A stretch of DNA of 64,000 nucleotides, from NCBI GenBank assembly GCA_030390025.1, contig CM059431.1, forward strand, positions 140,060,001 through 140,124,000. Direction: 5' to 3'. Under the pieces are notes generated by a model, which had not been told where the DNA came from, ran no database searches, and saw only the letters and a program-made list of their open reading frames with translations. Positions 1-11,602 of this stretch are shown piece after piece. This DNA is from Squalus acanthias. Its lineage: Eukaryota. The stretch's first letter is position 1. Each line of letters starts with the position of its first letter. The position numbers were made by a program, and so were the translations under genes.

Positions 1-3000
1 AGCTAGAAACAGTGGAGGTTCAAAGTTAGAAACTCGGAAGGTCCAAAGCTAGAAACAGTGAATATCCAAAGCTAAAAACAGTGAAGGTCCAAAGCTAGAT
101 AGAGTGAAGATCCGAAGCTGGAAAGAGAGGACATCCAAAGCTAGAAACAGTGGAGGTCCAAAGGTAGAAACAGTGAAGGTCCAAAGCTAGAAAGAGTGAA
201 GATCCAAAGCTAGAAACAGTGGAGATCCAAAGCTAGAAAGAGTGAATGTCCAATGCTAGAAAAAGTGGAGATCCAATGCTAGAAACAGTGCAGGTCCAAA
301 GCTAGAAACAGTGGAGATCCAAAGCAAAAAGATTGAATGTCCAAAGCTAGAAAGAGTGTAGATCCAAAACTAGAAACAGTGATGGTCCAAATCTAGCAAA
401 AGCGGAGGTCCAAAGCTAGAAAGACTGAAGGTCCAAAACTAGAAACAGTGGAGATCCAATCTAGAAACAGTGGAGATACAAAGCTAGAAACAGTAGTAGA
501 CATAAGCTAGAAACAGTGGAGCTCCAAAGCTAGAAACAGTGGAGGCCCAAAGCTAGAAACAGTGAAGGTCCAATGCTCGAAACAGTGGAGGTCCAAAGTT
601 AGAAACAGTGGAGATACAAAGCTGGAAACAGTGAAGGTCCAAAGCTAGAAACAGTGGAGCTCCAAAGCTAGAAACAGTGGAGATACAAAGCTGGAAACAG
701 TGAAGGTCCAAACCTAGAAAAAGTGGAGGTCCAAAGCTAGAAACTGTGAAGATCCAAAGCTAGAAACAGTGAAGAGCAAAAGCTAGAAACAGTGGAGGTC
801 CAAAGCTAGAAACAGTGGAGGTCCAAAGCTAGAAACAGTGAAGGTCCAAAGCTAGAAACAGTGAAGGTCAAAGCTAGAAACTGTGAAGGTCCAAAGCTAG
901 AAACAGTGAAGATCCAAAGCTAGAAACAGTGGAGATCCAAAGCTAGAAACAGTGAAGGTCCAAAGCTAGAAACTGTGAAGGTCCAAAGCTAGAAACTGTG
1001 AAGGTCCAAAGCTAGAAACAGTGAAGGTTCCAAAGCTAGAGACAGTGGAGGTCCAAACCTAGAAACAGTGGAGATCCAAAGCTAGAAACAGTGAAGGTCC
1101 AATGCTAGAAACAGTGGAGGTCCAAAGCTAGAAATGCTGAAGGTCCAAAGCTAGAAACAGTGGAGGTCCAAAGCTAGAAACAGTGAAGGTCCAATGCTAG
1201 AAACAGTGGAGGTCCAAAGCTAGAAACAGTGGAGATACAAAGTTGGAAACAGTGAAGGTCCAAAGCTAGAAACAGTGGAGCTCCAAAGCTAGAAACAGTG
1301 GAGATACAAAGCTGGATAAAGTGAAGGTCCAAAGCTAGAAACAGTGGAGATCCAAAGCTAGACACAGTGAAGGTCCAAAGCTAGAAACTGTGAAGGTGCA
1401 AAGCTAGAAAGAGTGAAGGTCCAAAGCTAGAAAGAGAGGAGATCCAAAGCTAGAAACAGTGGAGTTCCAAAGCTAGAAAGAGTGAAGGTCCGAAGCTAGA
1501 AACAGTGGAGATACAAAGCTGGAAACAGTGAAGGTCCAAACCTAGAAAAAGTGGAGGTCCAAAGCTAGAAACTGTGAAGATCCAAAGCTAGAAACAGTGA
1601 AGAGCAAAAGCTAGAAACAGTGGAGGTCCAAAGCTAGAAACAGTGGAGGTCCAAAGCTAGAAACAGTGAAGGTCCAAAGCTAGAAACAGTGAAGGTTCAA
1701 AGCTAGAAACTGTGAAGGTCCAAAGCTAGAAACAGTGAAGATCCAAAGCTAGAAACAGTGGAGATACAAAGCTGGAAACAGTGAAGGTCCAAAACTAGAA
1801 ACTGTGAAGGTCCAAAGCTAGAAACTGTGAAGGTCCAAAGCTAGAAACAATGAAGTTCCAAAGCTAGAGACAGTGGAGGTCCAAACCTAGAAACAGTGGA
1901 GATCCAAAGCTAGAAACAGTGAAGGTCCAATGCTAGAAACAGTGGAGGTCCAAAGCTAGAAATGCTGAAGGTCCAAAGCTAGAAACAGTGGAGGTCCAAA
2001 GCTAGAAACAGTGAAGGTCCAATGCTAGAAACAGTGGAGGTCCAAAGTTAGAAACAGTGGAGATACAAAGTTGGAAACAGTGAAGGTCCAAAGCTAGAAA
2101 CAGTGGAGCTCCAAAGCTAGAAACAGTGGAGATACAAAGCTGGATAAAGTGAAGGTCCAAAGCTAGAAACAGTGGAGATCCAAAGCTAGACACAGTGAAG
2201 GTCCAAAGCTAGAAACTGTGAAGGTGCAAAGCTAGAAACATTGGCGATTCAAAGCTAGAAACAGTGGAGATCCAAAGCTAGAAACAGTGGAGGTCCAAAG
2301 CTAGAAACAGTGAAGGTCCAATGCTAGAAACAGTGGAGGTCCAAAGTTAGAAACAGTGGAGATACAAAGCTGGAAACAGTGAAGGTCCAAAGCTAGAAAC
2401 AGTGGAGCTCCAAAGCTAGAAACAGTGGAGATGCAAAGCTGGATACAGTGAAGGTCCAAAGCTAGAAACAGTGGAGGTCCAAAGCTAGAAACAGTGTAGC
2501 TCCAAAGCTAGAAACAGTGGAGGTCCAAAGCTAGAAACAGTGGAGATACAAAGCTGGAAACAGTGAAGGTCCAAAGCTAGAAACAGTGGAGGTCCAAAGC
2601 TAGAAACAGTGAAGGTCCAAAGCTAGAAACAGTGAAGGTCCAAATCTAGAAACAGTGGAGATACAAAGCTGGAAACAGTGAAGGCCAAAGCTAGAAACAG
2701 TGGAGCTCCAAAGCTAGAAACAGTGGAGGTCCAAAACTAGAAACTGTGAAGGTCCAAAGCTAGAAACTGTGAAGGTCCAAAGCTAGAAACAATGAAGGTC
2801 CAAACCTAGAAAAAGTGGAGGTCCAAACCTAGAAACAGTGAAGGTCCAAAGCGAGAAACAGTGAAGGTCCAACACTAGAAACAGTGGTGGTCCAAAGCTA
2901 GAAATAGTGGCGGTCCAAAGCTAGAAACAGTGGAGGTCCAAAGCTAGAAACTGTGAAGATTCAAAGCTAGAAACAGTGGTGGTCCAACACTAGAAACAGT

Positions 3001-6000
3001 GGTGTACCAAAGCTAGAAATACTGGAGGTCCAAAGCTAGAAACAGTGAAGGTCCAAAGCTAGAAACAGTGAAGAGCAAAAGCTAGAAACAGTGGAGGATC
3101 AAAGCTAGAAACTGTGAAGGTCCAAAGGTAGAAACAGTGAAGATCCAAAGCTAGAAACAGTGGAGATACAAAGCTGGAAACAGTGAAGGTACAAAACTAG
3201 AAACTGTGAAGGTCCAAAGCTATAAACTGTGAAGATCTAAAGCTAGAAACAATGAAGGTCCAAAGCTAGAAACAGTGGATGTCCAAAGCTAGAAACAGTG
3301 AAGATCCAAAGTTAGAAACAGTGAAGATCCAAAGCTAGAAGGAGTGAAGGTCCAAAGCTAGAAAGAGAGGAGATCCAAAGCGAGAAAGATTGAATGTCCA
3401 AAGCTAGAAACAGTGAAGATCCAACACTAGAAACAGTGGTGGTCCAAAGCTAGAAATAGTGGAGGTCCAAAGCTAGAAACAGTGGAGGTCCAAAGCTAGA
3501 AACTGTGAAGATCCAAAGCTAGAAACAGTGGTGGTCCAAAACTAGAAACAGTGGTGGTCCAAAGCTAGAAATACTGGAGGTCCAAAGCTAGAAACGGTGG
3601 AGGTTCAAAGCTAGAAACAGTGAAGAGCAAAAGCTAGAAACAGTGGAGGTTCAAAGCAAGAAACTGTGAAGGTCCAAAGGTAGAAACAGTGAAGATCCAA
3701 AGCTAGAAACAGTGGAGATACAAAGATGGAAACAGTGAAGGTCCAAAACTAGAAACTGTGAAGGTCCAAAGCTAGAAACAATGAAGGTCCAAAGCTATAA
3801 AGAGTGGATGTCCAAACCTAGAAACAGTGAAGATCCAAAGTTAGAAACAGTGAAGGTCCAAAGCTAGAAAGAGTGAAGGTCCAAAGCTAGAAAGAGAGGA
3901 GATCCAAAGCTAGAAACAGTGGAGTTCCAAAGCTAGAAAGAGTGAAGGTCCGAAGCTAGAAAGAGTGAAGGTCCAAAGCTAGAAACAGTGGAGATCCATT
4001 GCGAGAGAGAGTTAACGTCCAATGCTAGAAAAAGTGGAGATCCAATGCTAGAAACAGTGGAGGTCCAAAGCTGGAAACAGTGGAGATCCAAAGCTAGAAA
4101 GATTGAATGTCCAAAGCTAGAAAGAGTGTAGGTCCAAAGCTAGAAAAAGTGGAGATCCAAAGCTAGAAACAGTGAAGGTCAAAAGCTAGAAAGGCTGAAG
4201 GTCCAAAGCTAGAAACAGTGAAGGTCCAAACTAGAAACTGTGTAGGTACAAAGCTAGAAACAGTGAAGGTCCAAAGCTAGAAACCGTGAAGGTCCGAAGC
4301 TAGAAACTGTGAAGGTCCAAATCTAGAAACATTGGAGATCCAAAGCTAGAAACAGTGGAGATCCAAAGCTAGAAACAGTGGTGGACCAAAGCTAGAAACA
4401 GTAGAGCTCCAAAGCTAGAAACAGTGGAGGTCCAAAGCTAGAAACAGTGAAGGTCCAATGCTAGAAACAGTGGAGGTCCAAAGTTAGAAACAGTGGAGAT
4501 ACAAAGCTGGAAACAGTGAAGGTCCAAAGCTAGAAACAGTGGAGGTCCAAAGCTAGAAACAGTGAAGGTCCAAAGCTAGAAACAGTGGAGATCAAAGCTA
4601 GAAACAGTGAAGGTCCAAAGCTAGAAACTGTGAAGTTCCAAAGCTAGAAACAGTGGAGATCCAAAGCTAGAAACAGTGAAGGTCCAAAGCTAGAAACTGT
4701 GAAGGTCCAAAGCTAGAAACTGTGAAGGTCCAAAGCTAGAAACAGTGGAGGTCCAAAGCTAGAAACAGTGGAGATCCAAAGCTAGAAACAGTGAAGGTCC
4801 AAAGCTAGAAACAGTGGAAGATCCAAAGCTAGAAACTGTGAAGGTCCAAAGCTAGAAACAGTGAAGGTCCAAAGCTAGAAACAGTGGAGATCCAAAGCTA
4901 GAAACAGTGAAGGTCCAAAGCTAGAAACTGTGAAGGTCCAAAGCTAGAAACAGTGAGATTCAAAGCTAGAAACAGTGGAGATCCAAAGCTAGAAACAGTG
5001 GAGGTCCAAAGCTAGAAACAGTGAAGGTCCAAAGCTAGAAACAGTGGAGGTCCAAAGTTAGAAACAGTGGAGATACAAAGCTGGAAACAGTGAAGGTCCA
5101 AAGCTAGAAACAGTGGAGCTCCAAAGCTAGAAACAGTGGAGATGCAAAGCTGGATACAGTGAAGGTCCAAAGCTAGAAACAGTGGAGGTCCAAAGCTAGA
5201 AACAGTGTAGCTCCAAAGCTAGAAACAGTGGAGGTCCAAAGCTAGAAACAGTGGAGATACAAAGCTGGAAACAGTGAAGGTCCAAAGCTAGAAACAGTGG
5301 AGGTCCAAAGCTAGAAACAGTGAAGGTCCAAAGCTAGAAACAGTGAAGGTCCAAATCTAGAAACAGTGGAGATACAAAGCTGGAAACAGTGAAGGCCAAA
5401 GCTAGAAACAGTGGAGCTCCAAAGCTAGAAACAGTGGAGGTCCAAAACTAGAAACTGTGAAGGTCCAAAGCTAGAAACTGTGAAGGTCCAAAGCTAGAAA
5501 CAATGAAGGTCCAAACCTAGAAAAAGTGGAGGTCCAAACCTAGAAACAGTGAAGGTCCAAAGCTAGAAACAGTGAAGGTCCAAAGCTAGAAACAGTGAAG
5601 GTCCAAAGCTAGAAACAGTGGAGGTCCAAAGCTAGAAACAGTGAAAGTCCAAAGCTAGAAACAGTGAAGGTCCAAAGCTAGAAACAGTGGAGGTCCAAAG
5701 CTAGAAACAGTGGAGGTCCAAAGCTAGAAACAGTGAAGGTCCAAAGCTAGAAACAGTGAAGGTCCAAAGCTAGAAACAGTGGAGATCCAAAGCTAGAAAC
5801 AGTGGAGGTCCAAAGCTAGAAACAGTGAAGGTCCAAAGCTAGAAACAGTGGAGGTCCAAAGCTAGAAACAGTGGAGATCCAAAGCTAGAAACAGTGAAGG
5901 TCCAAAGCTAGAAACAGTGAAGGTCCAAAGCTAGAAACAGTGAAGGTCCAAAGCTAGAAACAGTGAAGGTCCAAAGCTAGAAACAGTGGAGGTCCAAAGC

Positions 6001-9000
6001 TAGAAACAGTGAAGGTCCAAAGCTAGAAACAGTGAGGTCCAAAGCTAGAAACAGTGGAGGATACAAAGCTGGAAACAGTGAAGGTACAAAACTAGAAACT
6101 GTGAAGGTCCAAAGCTATAAACTGTGAAGATCTAAAGCTAGAAACAATGAAGGTCCAAAGCTAGAAACAATGGATGTCCAAACCTAGAAACAGTGAAGAT
6201 CCAAAGTTAGAAACAGTGAAGATCCAAAGCTAGAAGGAGTGAAGGTCCAAAGCTAGAAAGAGAGGAGATCCAAAGCGAGAAAGATTTAATGTCCAAAGCG
6301 AGAAACAGTGAAGATCCAACACTAGAAACAGTGGTGGTCCAAAGCTAGAAATAGTGGCGGTCCAAAGCTAGAAACAGTGGAGGTCCAAAGCTAGAAACAG
6401 TGAAGGTCCAAAGCTAGAAACAGTGAAGGTCCAAATCTAGAAACAGTGGAGATACAAAGCTGGAAACAGTGAAGGCCAAAGCTAGAAACAGTGGAGCTCC
6501 AAAGCTAGAAACAGTGGAGGTCCAAAACTAGAAACTGTGAAGGTCCAAAGCTAGAAACTGTGAAGGTCCAAAGCTAGAAACAGTGAAGGTCCAAAGCTAG
6601 AAACAGTGGAGGTCCAAAGCTAGAAACAGTGAAGGTCCAAAGCTAGAAACAGTGAAGGTCCAAACTAGAAACAGTGGAGATCCAAAGCTAGAAACAGTGG
6701 AGGTCCAAAGCTAGAAACAGTGGAGGTCCAAAGCTAGAAACTGTGAAGGTCCAAAGCTAGAAACAGTGGAGGTCCAAAGCTAGAAACAGTGGAGGTCCAA
6801 AGCTAGAAACTGTGAAGGTCCAAAGCTAGAAACAGTGGAGGTCCAAAGCTAGAAACAGTGAAGGTCCAAAGCTAGAAACAGTGAAGGTCCAAAGCTAGAA
6901 ACTGTGAAGGTCCAAAGCTAGAAACAGTGAAGGTCCAAAGCTAGAAACAGTGGAGGTCAAAGCTGAAACAGTGAAGGTCCAAAGCTAGAAACTGTGAAGG
7001 TCCAAAGCTAGAAACAGTGAAGGTCCAAAGCTAGAAACAGTGGAGGTCCAAAGCTAGAAACAGTGAAGATCCAAAGTTAGAAACAGTGAAGGTCCAAAGC
7101 TAGAAAGAGTGAAGGTCCAAAGCTAGAAAGAGAGGAGATCCAAAGCTAGAAACAGTGGAGTTCCAAGCTAGAAAGAGTGAAGGTCCGAAGCTAGAAAGAG
7201 TGAAGGTCCAAAGCTAGAAACAGTGGAGATCCATTGCGAGAGAGAGTTAACGTCCAATGCTAGAAAAAGTGGAGATCCAATGCTAGAAACAGTGGAGGTC
7301 CAAAGCTGGAAACAGTGGAGATCCAAAGCTAGAAAGATTGAATGTCCAAAGCTAGAAAGAGTGTAGGTCCAAAGCTAGAAAAAGTGGAGATCCAAAGCTA
7401 GAAACAGTGAAGGTCAAAAGCTAGAAAGGCTGAAGGTCCAAAGCTAGAAACAGTGAAGGTCCAAACTAGAAACTGTGTAGGTACAAAGCTAGAAACAGTG
7501 AAGGTCCAAAGCTAGAAACCGTGAAGGTCCGAAGCTAGAAACTGTGAAGGTCCAAATCTAGAAACATTGGAGATCCAAAGCTAGAAACAGTGGAGATCCA
7601 AAGCTAGAAACAGTGGTGGACCAAAGCTAGAAACAGTAGAGCTCCAAAGCTAGAAACAGTGGAGGTCCAAAGCTAGAAACAGTGAAGGTCCAATGCTAGA
7701 AACAGTGGTGGTCCAAAGTTAGAAACAGTGGAGATACAAAGCTGGAAACAGTGAAGGTCCAAAGCTAGAAACAGTGGAGGTCCAAAGCTAGAAACAGTGC
7801 AGCTCCAAAGCTAGAAACAGTGGAGAAACAAAGCTGGAAACAGTGAAGGTCCAAAGCTAGAAACTGTGAAGTTCCAAAGCTAGAAACAGTGGTGCTCCAA
7901 AGCTAGAAACAGTGAAGGTCCAAAGTTAGAAACGGTGTAGGTCCAAAGCTAGAAACTGTGAAGGTCCAAAGCTAGAAACAGTGGAGGTCCAAAGCTAGAA
8001 ACAGTGGAGTTCCAAAACTAGAAACAGTGAAGGTCCAAAGCTAGAAACAGGGAAGATCCAAAGCTAGAAACTGTGAAGGTCCAAAGCTTGAAACAGTGGA
8101 GGTCCAAAGCTAGAAAGAGTGGAGAACCAAAGCTAGAATCAGTGAAGGTCCAAAGCTAGAAACTGTGAAGGTACAAAGCTAGAAACATTGCAGATTCAAA
8201 GCTAGAAACAGTGGAGATCGAACGCTAGAAACAGTGGAGTTCCAAAGCTAGAAACAGTGAAGGTCCAATGCTAGAAACAGTGGAGGTCCAAAGTTAGAAA
8301 CAGTGGAGATACAAAGCTGGAAACAGTGAAGGTCCAAAGCCAGGAACAGTGGAGCTCCAAAGCTAGAAACAGTGGAGATACAAAGCTGGATACAGTGAAG
8401 GTCCAAAGCTAGAAACAGTGGAGGTCCAAACCTAGAAACAGTGTAGCTCCAAAGCTAGAAACAGTGGAGGTCCAAAGCTAGAAACAGTGGAGATACAAAG
8501 CTGCAAACAGTGAAGGTGCAAAGCTAGAAACAGTGGAGGTGCAAAGCTAGAAACAGTGAAGGTCCAAAGCTAGAAACAGTGAAGGTCCAAAGCTAGAAAC
8601 AGTGAAGGTCCAACGCTAGAAACAGTGGAGCTCCAAAGCTAGAAACAGTGGAGTTCCAAAACTAGAAACTTTGAAGGTCCAAAGCTAGAAACAGTGAAGG
8701 TCCAAAGCTAGAAACTGTGAAGGTCCAACGCTAGAAACAGTGGTGGTCCAAAGCTAGAAATAGTGGTGGTCCAAAGCTAGAAACAGTGGAGGTCCAAAGC
8801 TAGAAACTGTGAAGATCCAAAGCTAGAAACAGTGAAGGTCCAAAGCCAGAAACAGTGGAGGTCCAATTCTAGAGACATTGAAGGTCCAAAGCTAGAAACT
8901 GTGAAGGTCCAAAGCTAGAAACTGTGAAGGACCAAAGCTAGAAACAGTGGAGGTTCAAAGCTAGAAACTCTGAAGGTCTAAAGCTAGAAACAGTGAATAT

Positions 9001-10497
9001 CCAAAGCTAGAAACAGTGAAGGTCCAAAGCTAGATAGAGTGAAGATCCAAAGCTGGAAAGAGAAGACATCCAAAGCTAGAAACAGTGGAGGTCCAAAGGT
9101 TGAAACAGTGAAGGTACAAAGCTAGAAAGAGTGAAGGTCCAAAGCTAGAAACAGTGGAGATCCAAAGCAAGAAAGAGTGAATGTCCAATGCTAGAAAAAG
9201 TGGAGATCCAATGCTAGAAACAGTGCAGGTCCAAAGCTAGAAACAGTGGAGATCCAAGGTGAAAAGATTGAATGTCCAAAGCTAGAAAGAGTGTAGATCC
9301 AAAGCTAGAAACAGTGGAGATCCAGAGCTAGAAATAGTGGTGGTCCAAAGCTAGAAACAGTGGAGGTCCAAAGCTAGAAACTGTGAAGATCCAAAGCTAG
9401 AAACAGTGAAGGTCCAAAGCCAGAAACAGTGGAGGTCCAATTCTAGAGACATTGAAGGTCCAAAGCTAGAAACTGTGAAGGTCCAAAGCTAGAAACTGTG
9501 AAGGACCAAAGCTAGAAACAGTGGAGGTTCAAAGCTAGAAACTCTGAAGGTCTAAAGCTAGAAACAGTGAATATCCAAAGCTAGAAACAGTGAAGGTCCA
9601 AAGCTAGATAGAGTGAAGATCCAAAGCTGGAAAGAGAAGACATCCAAAGCTAGAAACAGTGGAGGTCCAAAGGTAGAAACAGTGAAGGTCCAAAGCTAGA
9701 AAGAGTGAAGGTCCAAAGCTAGAAACAGTGGAGATCCAAAGCTAGAAAGAGTGAATGTCCAATGCTAGAAAAAGTGGAGATCCAATGCTAGAAACAGTGC
9801 AGGTCCAAAGCTAGAAACAGTGGAGATCCAAGGTGAAAAGTTTGAATGTCCAAAGCTAGAAAGAGTGTAGATCCAAAGCTAGAAACAGTGGAGATCCAAA
9901 GCTAGAAACAGCGATGGTCCAAATCTAGCAAAAGTGGAGGTCCAAAGCTGGAAAGACTGAAGTTCCAAAGCTAGAAACAGTGGAGATCCAAAGCTAGAAA
10001 CAGTGGAGATCCAAAGCTAGAAACAGTAGTGGACATAAGCTAGAAACAGTGGAGCTACAAAGCTAGAAACAGTGGAGGTCCAAAGCTAGAAACAGTGAAG
10101 GTCCAAAGCTGGAAACAGTGAAGGTCCAAAGCTAGAAGCAGTGGAGCTCCAAAGCTAGAAACAGTGGAGATACAAAGCTGGAAACAGTGAAGGTCCAAAC
10201 CTAGAAAAAGTGGAGGTCCAAAGCTAGAAACTGTGAAGATCCAAAGCTAGAAACAGTGAAGAGCAAAAGCTAGAAACAGTGGAGGTCCAAAGCTAGAAAC
10301 AGTGGAGGTCCAAAGCTAGAAACTGTGAAGGTACAATGCTAGAAACAGTGGAGGTCCAAAGCTAGAAACAGTGAAGGTCCAAAGCTGGAAACAGTGGAGG
10401 TCCGAAGCTAGAAACAGTGGAGATCCAAAGCTAGAAACAGTGGAGATGCAAAGCTAGAAACAGTGGAGGTCCGAAGCTAGAAACAATGGAGTTCCAA
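1..10497. repeat. 23-bp tandem satellite, consensus CCAAAGCTAGAAACAGTG(G/A)AGGT, ~455 monomers; continues beyond the left edge
   Basis: Directly visible tandem unit. Minus-strand ORFs repeat every 23 aa (3 monomers = 69 bp). Variant blocks recur at 828 bp (ORFs 1174 and 2002) and 574 bp (8861 and 9435). Confidence 0.98.
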
Positions 10498-10877
10498 AGA
10501 GAATTCGGGGTCCATGTGCATCGATCGTAAAAATTTCATGGACAGATACAGACACGAATCAAAAAGACTAATGAAATGCTGGACGTTCTATCTAGAAGAC
10601 TAGAATACATGGGGTCGAAGTTATGCTACATCTATTCGAAGCCCTCGTTAGGCCACACCTGGAGTACTGTATTCCGTTCTGGGCACCACACCTTAGGAAG
10701 GTCATAACTACCATGAAGGGATTGTAAATGTTAATTTTAAATCAGAAGTTGACAGATTTATATTATATGGGGTAAAGGTGGGTATACGGAATTAGGTTCC
10801 AGATCGGCCATTATCTCATTGAATGGCGCAATAGGCTCGAGGGGCCAAATGGCCTACTCTTGCTCTTATGCTCCTAG
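10474..10877 (+). mobile_element. Decayed CR1-type LINE: RT C-terminal fragment plus internally deleted 3' end
   Basis: Translates as KLETMEFQREFGVHVHRS*KFHGQIQ...KKTNEML...RRLEY, then after a frameshift VEVMLHLFEALVRPHLEYCIPFWAPHLRK. A CR1-like 3' UTR follows (ATCTCATTGAATGGCG...GGCTCGAGGGGCCAAATGGCCTACTC). Confidence 0.9.
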
Positions 10878-11063
10878 TAGGAAGCCGATACCATTCTTAT
10901 AATCATGATTACTGTTTAGATGTAACAACTGAGTAAATATTGTTACATGGGTTGTCATTTGGGCATTGCGTTATCAAAGCAAATTTCGTTTCTCTCACAG
11001 GATCATAGAATCTTAGAAGAGTACAGCACAGAAGGAGGCCATTCGGCCCATCGGGTCTGTGTC

Positions 11064-11602
11064 TTATCTGAGGAAGGATGTTCTTGCCATGGAGGGTGTG
11101 CAGCGAAGATTCACCAGACTGATACCTGGGATGGCAGGAATGACGTACGAGGAGAGATTTGGGTCGATTGGGCTTATACTCGCTGGAGTTCAGAAGAATG
11201 AGAGGAGATCTCATTTAAACTTATAAAATTCTAACAGGGCTAGACAGACTGGATGCAGGAAGGATGTTCCCGATGGTGGGTGAGTCCAGAACAAGAGGTC
11301 ATAGTCTAAAGATAAGGGGTAAGCCATTTAGGACAGAGATGAGGAGGAATTTCTTCACCCCGAGAGTGGTGAACCTGTGGAATTCTCTACCACAGAAAGC
11401 AGTTGAGGTCAAGTCAGTAAATATATTCAAGAGGAGTTAGATATATTTCTTAAGGCTAAACGTATCAAGGGATATGGGGAGAAGGCAGGGACAGGGTGCT
11501 GAGTTTGGATGATCAGCCTTGATCTCATCGAATGGCGGAGCAGGCTCGAGTGGCAGAATGGCCTGCTCCTGCTCCTATCTTCTATGTTTCTATGTTTCTA
11601 TG
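11064..11602 (+). mobile_element. 5'-truncated CR1 LINE 3' end nested in the tail of the minus-strand CR1
   Basis: Encodes LRKDVLAMEGVQRRFTRLIPG... and ends in a (TTCTATGT)n tail. TGTGTC at 11058-11063 and 11601-11606 is a probable TSD. Closely similar to 55843-56797. Confidence 0.92.

Noticed and set aside
1..10497. CRISPR-like array, or Ig switch region (AGCT in each monomer)
   Set aside because: The repeats are head-to-tail with no unique spacers, no cas genes and a eukaryotic context. No Ig constant exons are nearby, and the AGCT is explained by the LINE-derived monomer.
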